Positions 46,008 through 54,626 of a DNA stretch of 64,000 nucleotides are shown here, piece after piece; the stretch's first letter is position 1, and each line of letters starts with the position of its first letter. The translations under genes and the position numbers were made by a program. Where the stretch lies: the NCBI GenBank assembly GCA_043797105.1, contig JAZDPZ010000060.1, forward strand, positions 7,906 through 71,905, written 5' to 3'. The notes beneath the pieces were generated by a model. It ran no database searches and was not told the origin of the DNA. It saw only the letters and a program-made list of their open reading frames with translations. The stretch is from a bacterium. GTDB lineage: Bacteria > Cyanobacteriota > Vampirovibrionia > Gastranaerophilales > CAZEDP01.

Positions 46008-46093
46008 CTAAATAAACGGTTGTTTTTGCTCTAATTTCTTTTATTTCGTTAATATTAATAGTTGATTCCCACATAATTATTATCCTTTCTTTT

Positions 46094-48529
46094 TTAGCTG
46101 CATCTTGAAAATCCGCAATTTTTGCAAAGAGCGCATCCTTCTCCAAATTCCAACATTTGACCACACTCAGGACATTCAGGGCATAAGCCTAAATCTGCTC
46201 TTGAACCTTCTTCGAATGAAACGGACTGATGTGTATTATTTCGTTTTTTACCATTTTTGCCATTATTTTTTATAATTGATAAATTTTTGGTTTTTTCAAG
46301 ATTACGTTCCAGTACTTTACCTATTGCATCGGAACAAGAAAGAATAACTTCGCCTTTTGTAATAGAAGGAGCAGGACATCTGATCCCTTTAAGCTGATCT
46401 ATTATTGAACTAATATCCACCCCTGCTCTTAAAGCTAAAGAGATCATTCTTCCGGTTGCTTCTGCCTGACTTGTAGCGCATCCTCCGGATTTCCCCATTC
46501 TTGCAAACACTTCACACAAACCCTCTTCATCAGTATTTATAGTTATATAAAGAGGACCACAGCCTGTTTGAATTTTATCTGTCATTCCGTATGTTAAATT
46601 AGGTCTTTGTCTTGGCACAACAACTTTATTAACAAGTTTAAATCTGCCTATGTTATTAAATAAACAAGCATCTTTATTTTCTTGTTTTTTAGATTTTTCA
46701 CTGCCTTTTGTTTCAATATTCATGGGTTGATAAGCTCTGCTTTTATTTCTATAAACAGTTATTCCCTTTAAGTCTGACTTATAGGCAAGATAATATGTTT
46801 CAGCTATTTGGTCTCTTGTGGCGTTTTCTTCAAAATTAACGGTTTTGGAAACAGCATTATCAGTATGAAGCTGGAAAGCCGCCTGCATTTTTACATGCCA
46901 TTCAGGAGTTACATCATGGGCAGTAACAAAAATTCTTTGAATATCATCGGGAACTTCTTCTATCTCTTTTACAGATCCGTAAATAGAAATTTTTTTCATT
47001 AATTCTTCAGTATAAAAATCCCTTTCTTTTGCAACTTTCTCAAAAATAGGATTAACTTCAAGCAATTCAGTTCCATCCATTACCTTTCTGACAAAGGTTA
47101 GCGCAAATAAAGGTTCAATACCTCCGGAAGCTCCGGCTATCATACTAATTGTTCCGGTTGGAGCTATACAGGTAGTTGTAGCGTTTCTTACGCCAAATTC
47201 CTGAATTTTAAGGTCCAGTTCATACCAATCTTTATCAGAAATAATTCCGGCAGATTTATCTTTATACTTATTGTACAAATAAGTATTCCCATCATAGACA
47301 CTGCCTTCAAAATTCGGAAATCTGCCTCTTTCTTTAGCAAGTTCCAGTGATTTTACTTTGGAATGATAGTCTATAAATTCCATTGTCTTTTCTGCAAGTT
47401 TAATGCCTTCTTCAGAATCATAAGAGATATTCAAAATCATAAGCAGATCAGCCCAGCCCATAATTCCCAGTCCAATTTTTCTATTATTTCTTGCCATTTG
47501 TTCAATTTGCGGCAATGGAAAATTATTTACAGTAATTACATTGTCAAGATAATAAATGGATAATTTAGTTACATATTCTAATTTATTCCAATCTACTTCG
47601 GGTTTATTTTCCTCGTTATACTTAATCATTTTTCCAAGGTTAATTGAACCGAGATTACAAGCCTCATAAGGCAACAAAGGAACTTCTCCGCAAGGGTTTG
47701 TAGATTCAATATCACCCAATTGAGGCGTTGTGTTATAAGCATTTACATTATCAATAAATATAATTCCGGGTTCACCGTTTCTCCAGGCATGGTCTACGAT
47801 TATATCAAATACGTCTTTTGCTCTTAATTGTTTAATAACTTCTTTTGTATTTGGATGAACCAGATTATAATTTTCATCTTTTAATACTGCTTCCATAAAT
47901 TTATTTGTAATGCCAACAGAAATATTAAAATTATTAAGTTTGTGTCCTTCATATTTAGCATTAATAAATTCCAGAATATCAGGATGATCTACCCGTAAAA
48001 TAGCCATATTAGCGCCTCTTCTGGTGCCTCCCTGTTTTACGGCTTCAGTAGCAGCGTTAAATACTTCAATAAACGATACAGGTCCGGATGAAACTCCCAT
48101 TGTGGATTTTACTATATCATTCTTGGGTCTGAGCCTTGAAAATGAAAAACCGGTACCGCCTCCGCTTTTATGGATCAAAGCCGTATTTTTCACTGCTTCA
48201 AAAATAGCTTCAAGTGAATCATCAACCGGCAATACAAAGCATGCTGAAAGTTGACCCAATTCTCTTCCCGCATTCATTAAAGTTGGGCTGTTAGGCATAA
48301 AATCAAGATTTGTTACTAATTTATAAAATTCTTCAGCAAGACAATTTATATGCGCATCGTCTTTTTTATAAAAACGGTCTGCTTCTGCTATTGTACGAGC
48401 AACCCTCCAAAACATTTCCTCATGAGTTTCTGTTGGATTACCATTTTCATCTCTTCTTAAATATCTTTTGGCTAAAACTGTTTTAGCATTATCACTCAAT
48501 CTAATTGCTTCGGATAAATGTGATGCCAC
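46094..48529 (-). CDS. nrdJ: Adenosylcobalamin-dependent (class II) ribonucleotide reductase
   Basis: 811 aa: ...TVLAKRYL..DE.G...ET.EEMFWRVA...NPCGE... with a C-terminal Cys-rich tail CPECPECG...CALCKNCG. GTG start. Confidence 0.92.
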   Translation of the reverse strand: MASHLSEAIRLSDNAKTVLAKRYLRRDENGNPTETHEEMFWRVARTIAEADRFYKKDDAHINCLAEEFYKLVTNLDFMPNSPTLMNAGRELGQLSACFVLPVDDSLEAIFEAVKNTALIHKSGGGTGFSFSRLRPKNDIVKSTMGVSSGPVSFIEVFNAATEAVKQGGTRRGANMAILRVDHPDILEFINAKYEGHKLNNFNISVGITNKFMEAVLKDENYNLVHPNTKEVIKQLRAKDVFDIIVDHAWRNGEPGIIFIDNVNAYNTTPQLGDIESTNPCGEVPLLPYEACNLGSINLGKMIKYNEENKPEVDWNKLEYVTKLSIYYLDNVITVNNFPLPQIEQMARNNRKIGLGIMGWADLLMILNISYDSEEGIKLAEKTMEFIDYHSKVKSLELAKERGRFPNFEGSVYDGNTYLYNKYKDKSAGIISDKDWYELDLKIQEFGVRNATTTCIAPTGTISMIAGASGGIEPLFALTFVRKVMDGTELLEVNPIFEKVAKERDFYTEELMKKISIYGSVKEIEEVPDDIQRIFVTAHDVTPEWHVKMQAAFQLHTDNAVSKTVNFEENATRDQIAETYYLAYKSDLKGITVYRNKSRAYQPMNIETKGSEKSKKQENKDACLFNNIGRFKLVNKVVVPRQRPNLTYGMTDKIQTGCGPLYITINTDEEGLCEVFARMGKSGGCATSQAEATGRMISLALRAGVDISSIIDQLKGIRCPAPSITKGEVILSCSDAIGKVLERNLEKTKNLSIIKNNGKNGKKRNNTHQSVSFEEGSRADLGLCPECPECGQMLEFGEGCALCKNCGFSRCS

Positions 48530-48807
48530 TTGTATATTCTCCTTTTTAGCAGTTGTTATTTATATTAGTTAAATTAATCAAAAATTGTATAAATATATAT
48601 AGCATGAGCATGATACAACAACAGAAAATTTCTTGAGTCAGTAAATTTAAAATTTTCGTAAAAACACTGCTATACTGGCTCCTCAAAAATTTACAAATAT
48701 TTATACAAACCCAAAATTTTTTAATAGCTGTATATAAGCTAATACGGTATAGGAAAAATTTTTGATTGTTGTTTAAATTAAATAATGAAATTTAAAAATT
48801 ATATTTA

Positions 48808-48968
48808 TAAGTAATGAACAATAAATTTTCACCTGTCATTCTGAAGGAGCGAAGCGACTGAAGAATCTCATAATCGTCCTTGCGATCCTTTGCTACGCTG
48901 CGAAATGCGGACAGCGCCGCCTGCTTCGCGCTCAGGATGACAAAACGGGAAATTTTTCTGTTACTCAC
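48808..48968 (+). mobile_element. Family C short element (C4) interrupted by a family B insertion
   Basis: Left end TAAGTAATGAACAATAAATTTTCACC, then the insertion at 48834..48942, then AAACGGGAAATTTTTCTGTTACTCAC as the right end. Confidence 0.6.
48834..48942. repeat. Family B element nested inside C4
   Basis: TGTCATTCTGAAGGAGCGAAGCGACTGAAGAATCTCAT...GCGCTCAGGATGACA has TGTCAT...ATGACA termini. Confidence 0.6.
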
Positions 48969-49010
48969 TTAGCTTACTAATATGAGATGAGATAGATGGG
49001 ATAAAAATAT

Positions 49011-50186
49011 ATGAATCTAAAAGATTTACAAGTAAATACAAATTTAAATAATAAAAAATCCGAGATTAATCTGGCTATTGTTTTAGATCAATTATCAGGA
49101 GCAATTGGAGGCGCAGAAAGCATATTATTTGCTGTTTATGAATTATTTCCGGATGCGCCAACCTACACAACTATTCTTAATCCTTCAATAATGCCTGAAA
49201 AATATAAAAATAAAGAAATTTACACAACGCTTATTCAAAATTTGCCTTTTTCACAAAAAATGTACAAGGCGTATTTTCCGCTAATGCCTGTTGCTATTGA
49301 ACATTTAAATCTACAGGAATATGACGTTATATTTTCCTCTCATCATTGTGTGGCTAAAGGTATAATACCAAGACCTGATGCTGTTCATATTTGTTATTGT
49401 CATGCTCCTGCAAGGTATATATGGGATTTATTCTGGACTTATTCTAATTTAAATAACTTTGGAAGAATAAAAAAAGCTATAATTTCTGTTCTTTCACATT
49501 ATATAAGGATATGGGATGTAATAAGCTCTAATAGAGTTGACTATTTTCTTGCTAATTCAAAATATACAGCAGCCAGAATCAAAAAATTTTATAACAGAGA
49601 ATCAGAAATTCTTTATCCTCCTGTTGACACAAACAGATTTAATTATGAAAGTTCTGACGATTATTGTCTTATGGTAGGAAGACTTGTGGCATATAAAGGC
49701 TTTGAATTGGCTATAGATGCTTTTAATGAATCAAAAGAAAAATTTATTATCATAGGTGATGGTGTAGAATTTAAAAAATTAAGAGCAAAAGCCGGTCCAA
49801 ATATCATAATGCCAGGAAAAGTTTCTAATGAAGAGCTCGTTAAATATATGAACAATTGTAAAGCTTTTATTTTTCCGGGGAAAGAAGATTTTGGCATTGT
49901 AATGGCAGAAGCTCAGGCTGCTGGTAAACCTGTTATAGCTTTAAAAGCCGGTGGCGCTCTTGATATTGTTATAGATAATGAAACAGGCATACTTTTTGAA
50001 GAACAAACAGTTTCTGCTCTAAATAAAGCTATTTTAAAGGCAAAATCCATAAACTGGAATTATAAGGAAATTGCTAATCATTCAAACAAATTTGATAAAG
50101 AAATATTTATTAACAGATTAAAATATATTATTGAAAATGCAAAACTATTTGAAAGAAATATACCAATAAATTTTAAAAATTATTAA
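49011..50186 (+). CDS. GT4-family (group 1) glycosyltransferase
   Basis: 391 aa with the C-terminal motif ...PGKEDFGIVMAEAQAAGKPVIA...G... Confidence 0.85.
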   Translation: MNLKDLQVNTNLNNKKSEINLAIVLDQLSGAIGGAESILFAVYELFPDAPTYTTILNPSIMPEKYKNKEIYTTLIQNLPFSQKMYKAYFPLMPVAIEHLNLQEYDVIFSSHHCVAKGIIPRPDAVHICYCHAPARYIWDLFWTYSNLNNFGRIKKAIISVLSHYIRIWDVISSNRVDYFLANSKYTAARIKKFYNRESEILYPPVDTNRFNYESSDDYCLMVGRLVAYKGFELAIDAFNESKEKFIIIGDGVEFKKLRAKAGPNIIMPGKVSNEELVKYMNNCKAFIFPGKEDFGIVMAEAQAAGKPVIALKAGGALDIVIDNETGILFEEQTVSALNKAILKAKSINWNYKEIANHSNKFDKEIFINRLKYIIENAKLFERNIPINFKNY

Positions 50187-50295
50187 TTTTTATTAAAATT
50201 TATATACATTTTAATAAAAATCATTAAAGTTTTTAGTGAAAACTCCCGATTAATATATTGTGGATATAGTGTTAAATAATTTTGGAGAAAGAAGC

Positions 50296-50550
50296 ATGAA
50301 TGATTCAATAAGCAATGAAAAAACAATGGGTGTAAATTTCATTAAAAACATAAATATTAATGAAAAAAATACTCTTGCAAAGCGGGCTATCGGAGATTTT
50401 TTGGATTTTATAGATGATTCTCTTAAAAATACGGATTTTTCCTGGAATGAGAATATTCAACTTCAAATTGAACAGCTTGAATCTGAAACTAAAGAATATG
50501 AGCAGATATTCACCCAAAATTATGCAAATGCTCTTGATTTGAGGGCATAA
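50296..50550 (+). CDS. Hypothetical 84-aa acidic protein
   Basis: I set the start at the ATG with GGAGA 8 nt upstream (MNDSISNEK...). The track's GTG start is 12 codons earlier. It converges on the rSAM gene, with 21 nt between the stops. Confidence 0.45.
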   Translation: MNDSISNEKTMGVNFIKNININEKNTLAKRAIGDFLDFIDDSLKNTDFSWNENIQLQIEQLESETKEYEQIFTQNYANALDLRA

Positions 50551-50571
50551 TACATTAATTTTCCCGCTTGC

Positions 50572-52374
50572 TTAAAAAGGCATTTTAATTCTTTTTACGG
50601 TTTCAATACCGTATTTACAAATATAAAGAAATAATGTTTCACGGTATCTTATATACATCCAGACAGGATTATTATAGCTTTTTATAGATTTTCTTGTGAA
50701 ATAATCTATAATTTCATCGAGTTCATTATTTGTAAGCCCTAATGATGCTTTATAAGAGCAGTTTGAAGAAAATTCCTCTTCTTCTTCTGAAAGTTTGATT
50801 ATTCCGAATTTTTCAGGATCATTCTTTATCAGGGCATGTTTTCCAAGAGAAAAGCGGCTTCGTCCATAAGCTGAAATAATATCAGTATTTTGACAAATAA
50901 TATCTATTGTATCAAAAGCATCTTGCTTTGTTTCTGTAGGAAAACCAAAGAAAATATAGGCAAAATTCCAAATATCAGCCTCTTTTGCATCTCTTAAAAT
51001 TTCAAGTCTTTTATCTATGTCAATTCCTTTGTTTATAAGCTCCATTATTCTGTCAGAACCGGATTCCAAGCCCCATAATATCATTCTAAGTCCGGCTTGT
51101 CTTGCGAGTTTTAATATGTCTTTTGTCAAGCTTGTTTCAAGTCTTGCATTGCAGTACCAATTTATTTTTAAGCCGGATTCCAGAATTTTTTCAGAAAAAT
51201 TCTTTAAATAATTAGCATTTATTGCTTCATCAATAAATTCAAAATAAGAAATGCCAAATTTTTCATTAAGTTCTTTAATTTCATTAACAAGTTTATTTAT
51301 ATCTTTTATATTATAAGTTTGACCAAAATCATGATCGCAAAAAGTGCATTTTTTCCAGTAACAGCCACGACTCGCCTGTATTGGAAGCACAATTTCAGGC
51401 ATTAAATATTTTTCAAAACAAAAACCTTCTAAATCCTGCGTAATCATTTCATTTAATTTAAGCGGATAATTTTTAGGATTAACTTTTACTTCATTATTTT
51501 CAAGATAAATTAAGCTTGAAACCTGCTTTATATCGAGCTGTCCTTTTAAATATTCCAATAGTTCGATTACAGGTTTTTCCCCTTCTTCCACTATGATTGA
51601 ATGAGCAAAAATTTCAAAAAATTCAGGATTTTTATAAAAAGCGTTAATTACCCTGCTGAAATAATTACCCCCTATATTTATATGCGCTTTAGTCCTGCAT
51701 TTTAATATTGCGGCAAGGGTTAAACCCGGAATAACCTGTGAATATGCCCCTATTGAAATCCCTATATAATCAGGTTTTTTCTCTATTATAGAAGGAATTA
51801 TTTCATTGTAAAAATTATAAAACATGTTTTGGGATTCATTGAGACAATAATTTTTCATATCCTGAAAACAAAATTTTAAAGCAGGATTTATATAATCATG
51901 CAAGCTTAATTCAGCGGGATAATAAGGAAGAGACAGCATATTTAAAGCTTTATCAAGTATGATAAAAGCTCTTGACAGTAAATTAAGCGAATAAAAATCT
52001 TTTTTGTCTTTCATTACCTTCACGGCAAAAGGTAAAAGCTTTAAAACATCTATAATTTCATCAAATTTTTTTTCTCTTAATTCATTTATTTTTAGAAATT
52101 TTTTAGCATTAATATGAAATTCAGGAGGATATTCCAGATTATCCAATGAATATTCTTTTGAAACAGTATCTTTAAGCTCCTGTTCCATATCAAAAGTTTT
52201 TTCTAATGACGTCCTAAGATATTCAGGAGTAAGAACATAATTATAAAATTCTATGTTTAAGTCTCTAATTTCAACTTTATGATTATTTTGTCTTAAATGA
52301 GCGGCAATGGAGGTTAAAGCAAAATGAGGACTTAAAGGAGACCATTGAGGAGGAAAAAGTAAAAAATTATTCAT
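50572..52374 (-). CDS. Cobalamin-binding-domain radical SAM protein, paralogue 1 (600 aa)
   Basis: The N-terminus is PPQWSPLSPHFALTSIAAHLRQNNHKVEIRDLN (B12-domain-like). The cluster motif is SRGCYWKKCTFCD (51337..51363), followed by ...GLRMILWGLESGS... It is colinear with 52769..54571. Confidence 0.8.
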   Translation of the reverse strand: MNNFLLFPPQWSPLSPHFALTSIAAHLRQNNHKVEIRDLNIEFYNYVLTPEYLRTSLEKTFDMEQELKDTVSKEYSLDNLEYPPEFHINAKKFLKINELREKKFDEIIDVLKLLPFAVKVMKDKKDFYSLNLLSRAFIILDKALNMLSLPYYPAELSLHDYINPALKFCFQDMKNYCLNESQNMFYNFYNEIIPSIIEKKPDYIGISIGAYSQVIPGLTLAAILKCRTKAHINIGGNYFSRVINAFYKNPEFFEIFAHSIIVEEGEKPVIELLEYLKGQLDIKQVSSLIYLENNEVKVNPKNYPLKLNEMITQDLEGFCFEKYLMPEIVLPIQASRGCYWKKCTFCDHDFGQTYNIKDINKLVNEIKELNEKFGISYFEFIDEAINANYLKNFSEKILESGLKINWYCNARLETSLTKDILKLARQAGLRMILWGLESGSDRIMELINKGIDIDKRLEILRDAKEADIWNFAYIFFGFPTETKQDAFDTIDIICQNTDIISAYGRSRFSLGKHALIKNDPEKFGIIKLSEEEEEFSSNCSYKASLGLTNNELDEIIDYFTRKSIKSYNNPVWMYIRYRETLFLYICKYGIETVKRIKMPF

Positions 52375-52703
52375 ATTTTGTTTAATATTTCCTGTACTTT
52401 CTTTTTCAAATCAATTTGCATTTGATTTGAAATTTGCTGAATTTGAACCATTATTTTTTCCTGAATTTCTGTTGGATCCTGATTTATATTTGTGCCTATA
52501 AGTTGTTTTTTTAAAGTTTCTATTTTATTTTGGGCTTTGTCTACAATTTCAAGAGTTTCTTTTATTTCTTTATCATTAAGACCAAGTTTTTTTAAAGTTT
52601 TTTTAATATCTTTTTTAATTTTCTCTCTTTCAGAAAGAATTTCATTAGGAGTATTTTTTTGTTTTTTAAGTTTTTTAAAAAAATCCATAAATATTTTTCC
52701 CAT
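52371..52703 (-). CDS. Hypothetical 110-aa K/E-rich coiled-coil protein
   Basis: The heptad-like sequence is ...KKDIKKTLKKLGLNDKEIKETLEIVDKAQNKIETLKKQL... Its stop overlaps the paralogue-1 start by 4 nt (ATGA), so the two are likely co-transcribed. Confidence 0.55.
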   Translation of the reverse strand: MGKIFMDFFKKLKKQKNTPNEILSEREKIKKDIKKTLKKLGLNDKEIKETLEIVDKAQNKIETLKKQLIGTNINQDPTEIQEKIMVQIQQISNQMQIDLKKKVQEILNKI

Positions 52704-52768
52704 TATATGTTATATAAATTATAATATTATAATATTTTTATCCCAAGACTACAAAGGTTTTATTAAAT

Positions 52769-54571
52769 ATGAAAATAATTCTTATTTATCCCCCTCAATG
52801 GACACCTCTAAATCCTCATTTTTCTCTAATGTCTATTGCGTCTCAGTTAAGACAAAATAATCATAAAGTTGAAATTAGAGACTTAAACATAGAATTTTAT
52901 AATAAAATTCTAAAAAAAGAATATTTGAAAAAATCTCTTGAAAAAGCTTTTAAAATGAAAGAAGGGCTTTTTCAGGAATTATCAAAAAAATTCTCGCCAA
53001 ATAAAAAAACAGAACAGTATTCTGAAAATTTTCAAAAAAAACTTGCAAAATACACAAAAATAAAAGAAACAGAAAAAAATTCGGAAGAAAATCTATATAT
53101 TATAGATTCTATAGAAGAAGCTGTAAGCATAATGAAGTGCAAAACAAGATTTTATGATTCTGATCTTCTTATCAGGTCTTTAAATACTATAGATGCTGCA
53201 TTGGAAATAGCTTCCCTTCCTTTTTGTCCTTCTTTGTTGCAATTACATGATTATAATAATCCTTTTTTAAAGCTGACTTTTGAAAGTATTAAAAAACACT
53301 GCCTTGATAAATCTACAAATATGTTTTATGAATTTTACGAAGAAAAAATATCTGAAATTTCTTATGAAAGTCCTGATATCATTGGAATTTCTATAAATTC
53401 ATCCTCTCAAATAATACCGGGGCTAACTCTTTCAATGATGCTAAAATCAAAAACCAAAGCGCATATAAATATAGGAGGGAATTTTTTTGGCAGAGTATCT
53501 GAAACCCTTTTGAACAATACTGAATTTTTTGAACTTTTTGCTCATTCACTCATTGTAGAAGAAGGGGAAAAACCTATAGCAGAGCTTGTGAAACATCTTG
53601 AAGGCAAAATAAATATAAATGAAGTTCCAAATTTAATGTATTTAGAAAATAAAATAAATAAAATAAATTTTAAAACAGAACCTCTTACTTTAAATGAAAT
53701 AAATATTCAGGATTTGGAAGGTTTTCCTCTGGATGCGTATTTTACTCCGCATATTGTGCTTTCTGTACAATCAAGCAGAGGATGCTACTGGCGAAAATGT
53801 TCTTTTTGCGATCAGGATTTTGGTCAAAATTCCAGCATAAAAGACATTGATAAACTCTTTTCAGAATTAAAATACTTAAAAGAAAAGTTTAATATAAGTC
53901 ATTTTGAGTTTATAGATGAATCTGTAAGTCCTGTTTATCTTGAAAACATATCAAAAAGAATATCAGAAGAAAATATTGAAATTAATTGGTTTATAAATGC
54001 CAGACTTGAAAATGCTTTTACTCATGAGCTGCTTGAAAAAACAAGGCAAGCCGGACTTAGAATGATATTATGGGGATTTGAATCCGGATCAAACGAGGTA
54101 ATGAAACTTATAAACAAAGGTATTGATCTGGATAAAAGACTTGAAATTTTAAGAGATGCAAAAGAGGCTGATATTTGGAATTTTGTTTATATTTTCTTTG
54201 GTTTTCCTACAGAAACTTGGGACGATGCCCTAAAAACAATAGATATTATTTGTCAAAATACAGATATAATATCAAGTTACGGCAGAAGTGTTTTTACACT
54301 TGGAAAACATACAAAATTAAGAGAAAGTTGTGAAAAATACTCAATTACAAAAATTTTGGAAAATGAAGAAGAATTTTCTCCAAGTTATAAATATGAAACT
54401 TCAAAAGGAATGAACTCAAAAGAAATATCTGAAGCCGCAAATTTATGCACAAAAATATGTAATGAAGCTTATGAAAGCCCTCTTTGGATGTATTTAAGAT
54501 ATAGAGAAATTTTATTTCTCTATATCTGTAAATATGGCGCAAATATAGTTCAAAAATTCAAAAAACATTAG
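52769..54571 (+). CDS. Cobalamin-binding-domain radical SAM protein, paralogue 2 (600 aa)
   Basis: PPQWTPLNPHFSLMSIASQLRQNNHKVEIRDLN, cluster motif SRGCYWRKCSFCD (53783..53809), and ...GLRMILWGFESGS... Confidence 0.8.
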   Translation: MKIILIYPPQWTPLNPHFSLMSIASQLRQNNHKVEIRDLNIEFYNKILKKEYLKKSLEKAFKMKEGLFQELSKKFSPNKKTEQYSENFQKKLAKYTKIKETEKNSEENLYIIDSIEEAVSIMKCKTRFYDSDLLIRSLNTIDAALEIASLPFCPSLLQLHDYNNPFLKLTFESIKKHCLDKSTNMFYEFYEEKISEISYESPDIIGISINSSSQIIPGLTLSMMLKSKTKAHINIGGNFFGRVSETLLNNTEFFELFAHSLIVEEGEKPIAELVKHLEGKININEVPNLMYLENKINKINFKTEPLTLNEINIQDLEGFPLDAYFTPHIVLSVQSSRGCYWRKCSFCDQDFGQNSSIKDIDKLFSELKYLKEKFNISHFEFIDESVSPVYLENISKRISEENIEINWFINARLENAFTHELLEKTRQAGLRMILWGFESGSNEVMKLINKGIDLDKRLEILRDAKEADIWNFVYIFFGFPTETWDDALKTIDIICQNTDIISSYGRSVFTLGKHTKLRESCEKYSITKILENEEEFSPSYKYETSKGMNSKEISEAANLCTKICNEAYESPLWMYLRYREILFLYICKYGANIVQKFKKH

Positions 54572-54626
54572 TTCAAATTCTAATATTAGGTTGCTTTTTA
54601 CTTGCTGTATATTTTAAAATTTAACT

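Noticed and set aside
46094-46200. C-terminal Cys cluster of NrdJ (CPECPECG...CALCKNCG) as a novel fusion
   Set aside because: Cys-rich zinc-ribbon-like C-terminal tails are a known feature of many class II ribonucleotide reductases, so this is not unusual.
48530-48800. Cobalamin riboswitch or NrdR boxes upstream of nrdJ
   Set aside because: The region is AT-rich with no B12-box-like GC-rich core. Two weak ACAC/TATA-type segments (about 48585 and about 48662) are poor palindromes at non-canonical spacing. I cannot support either call without a model scan.
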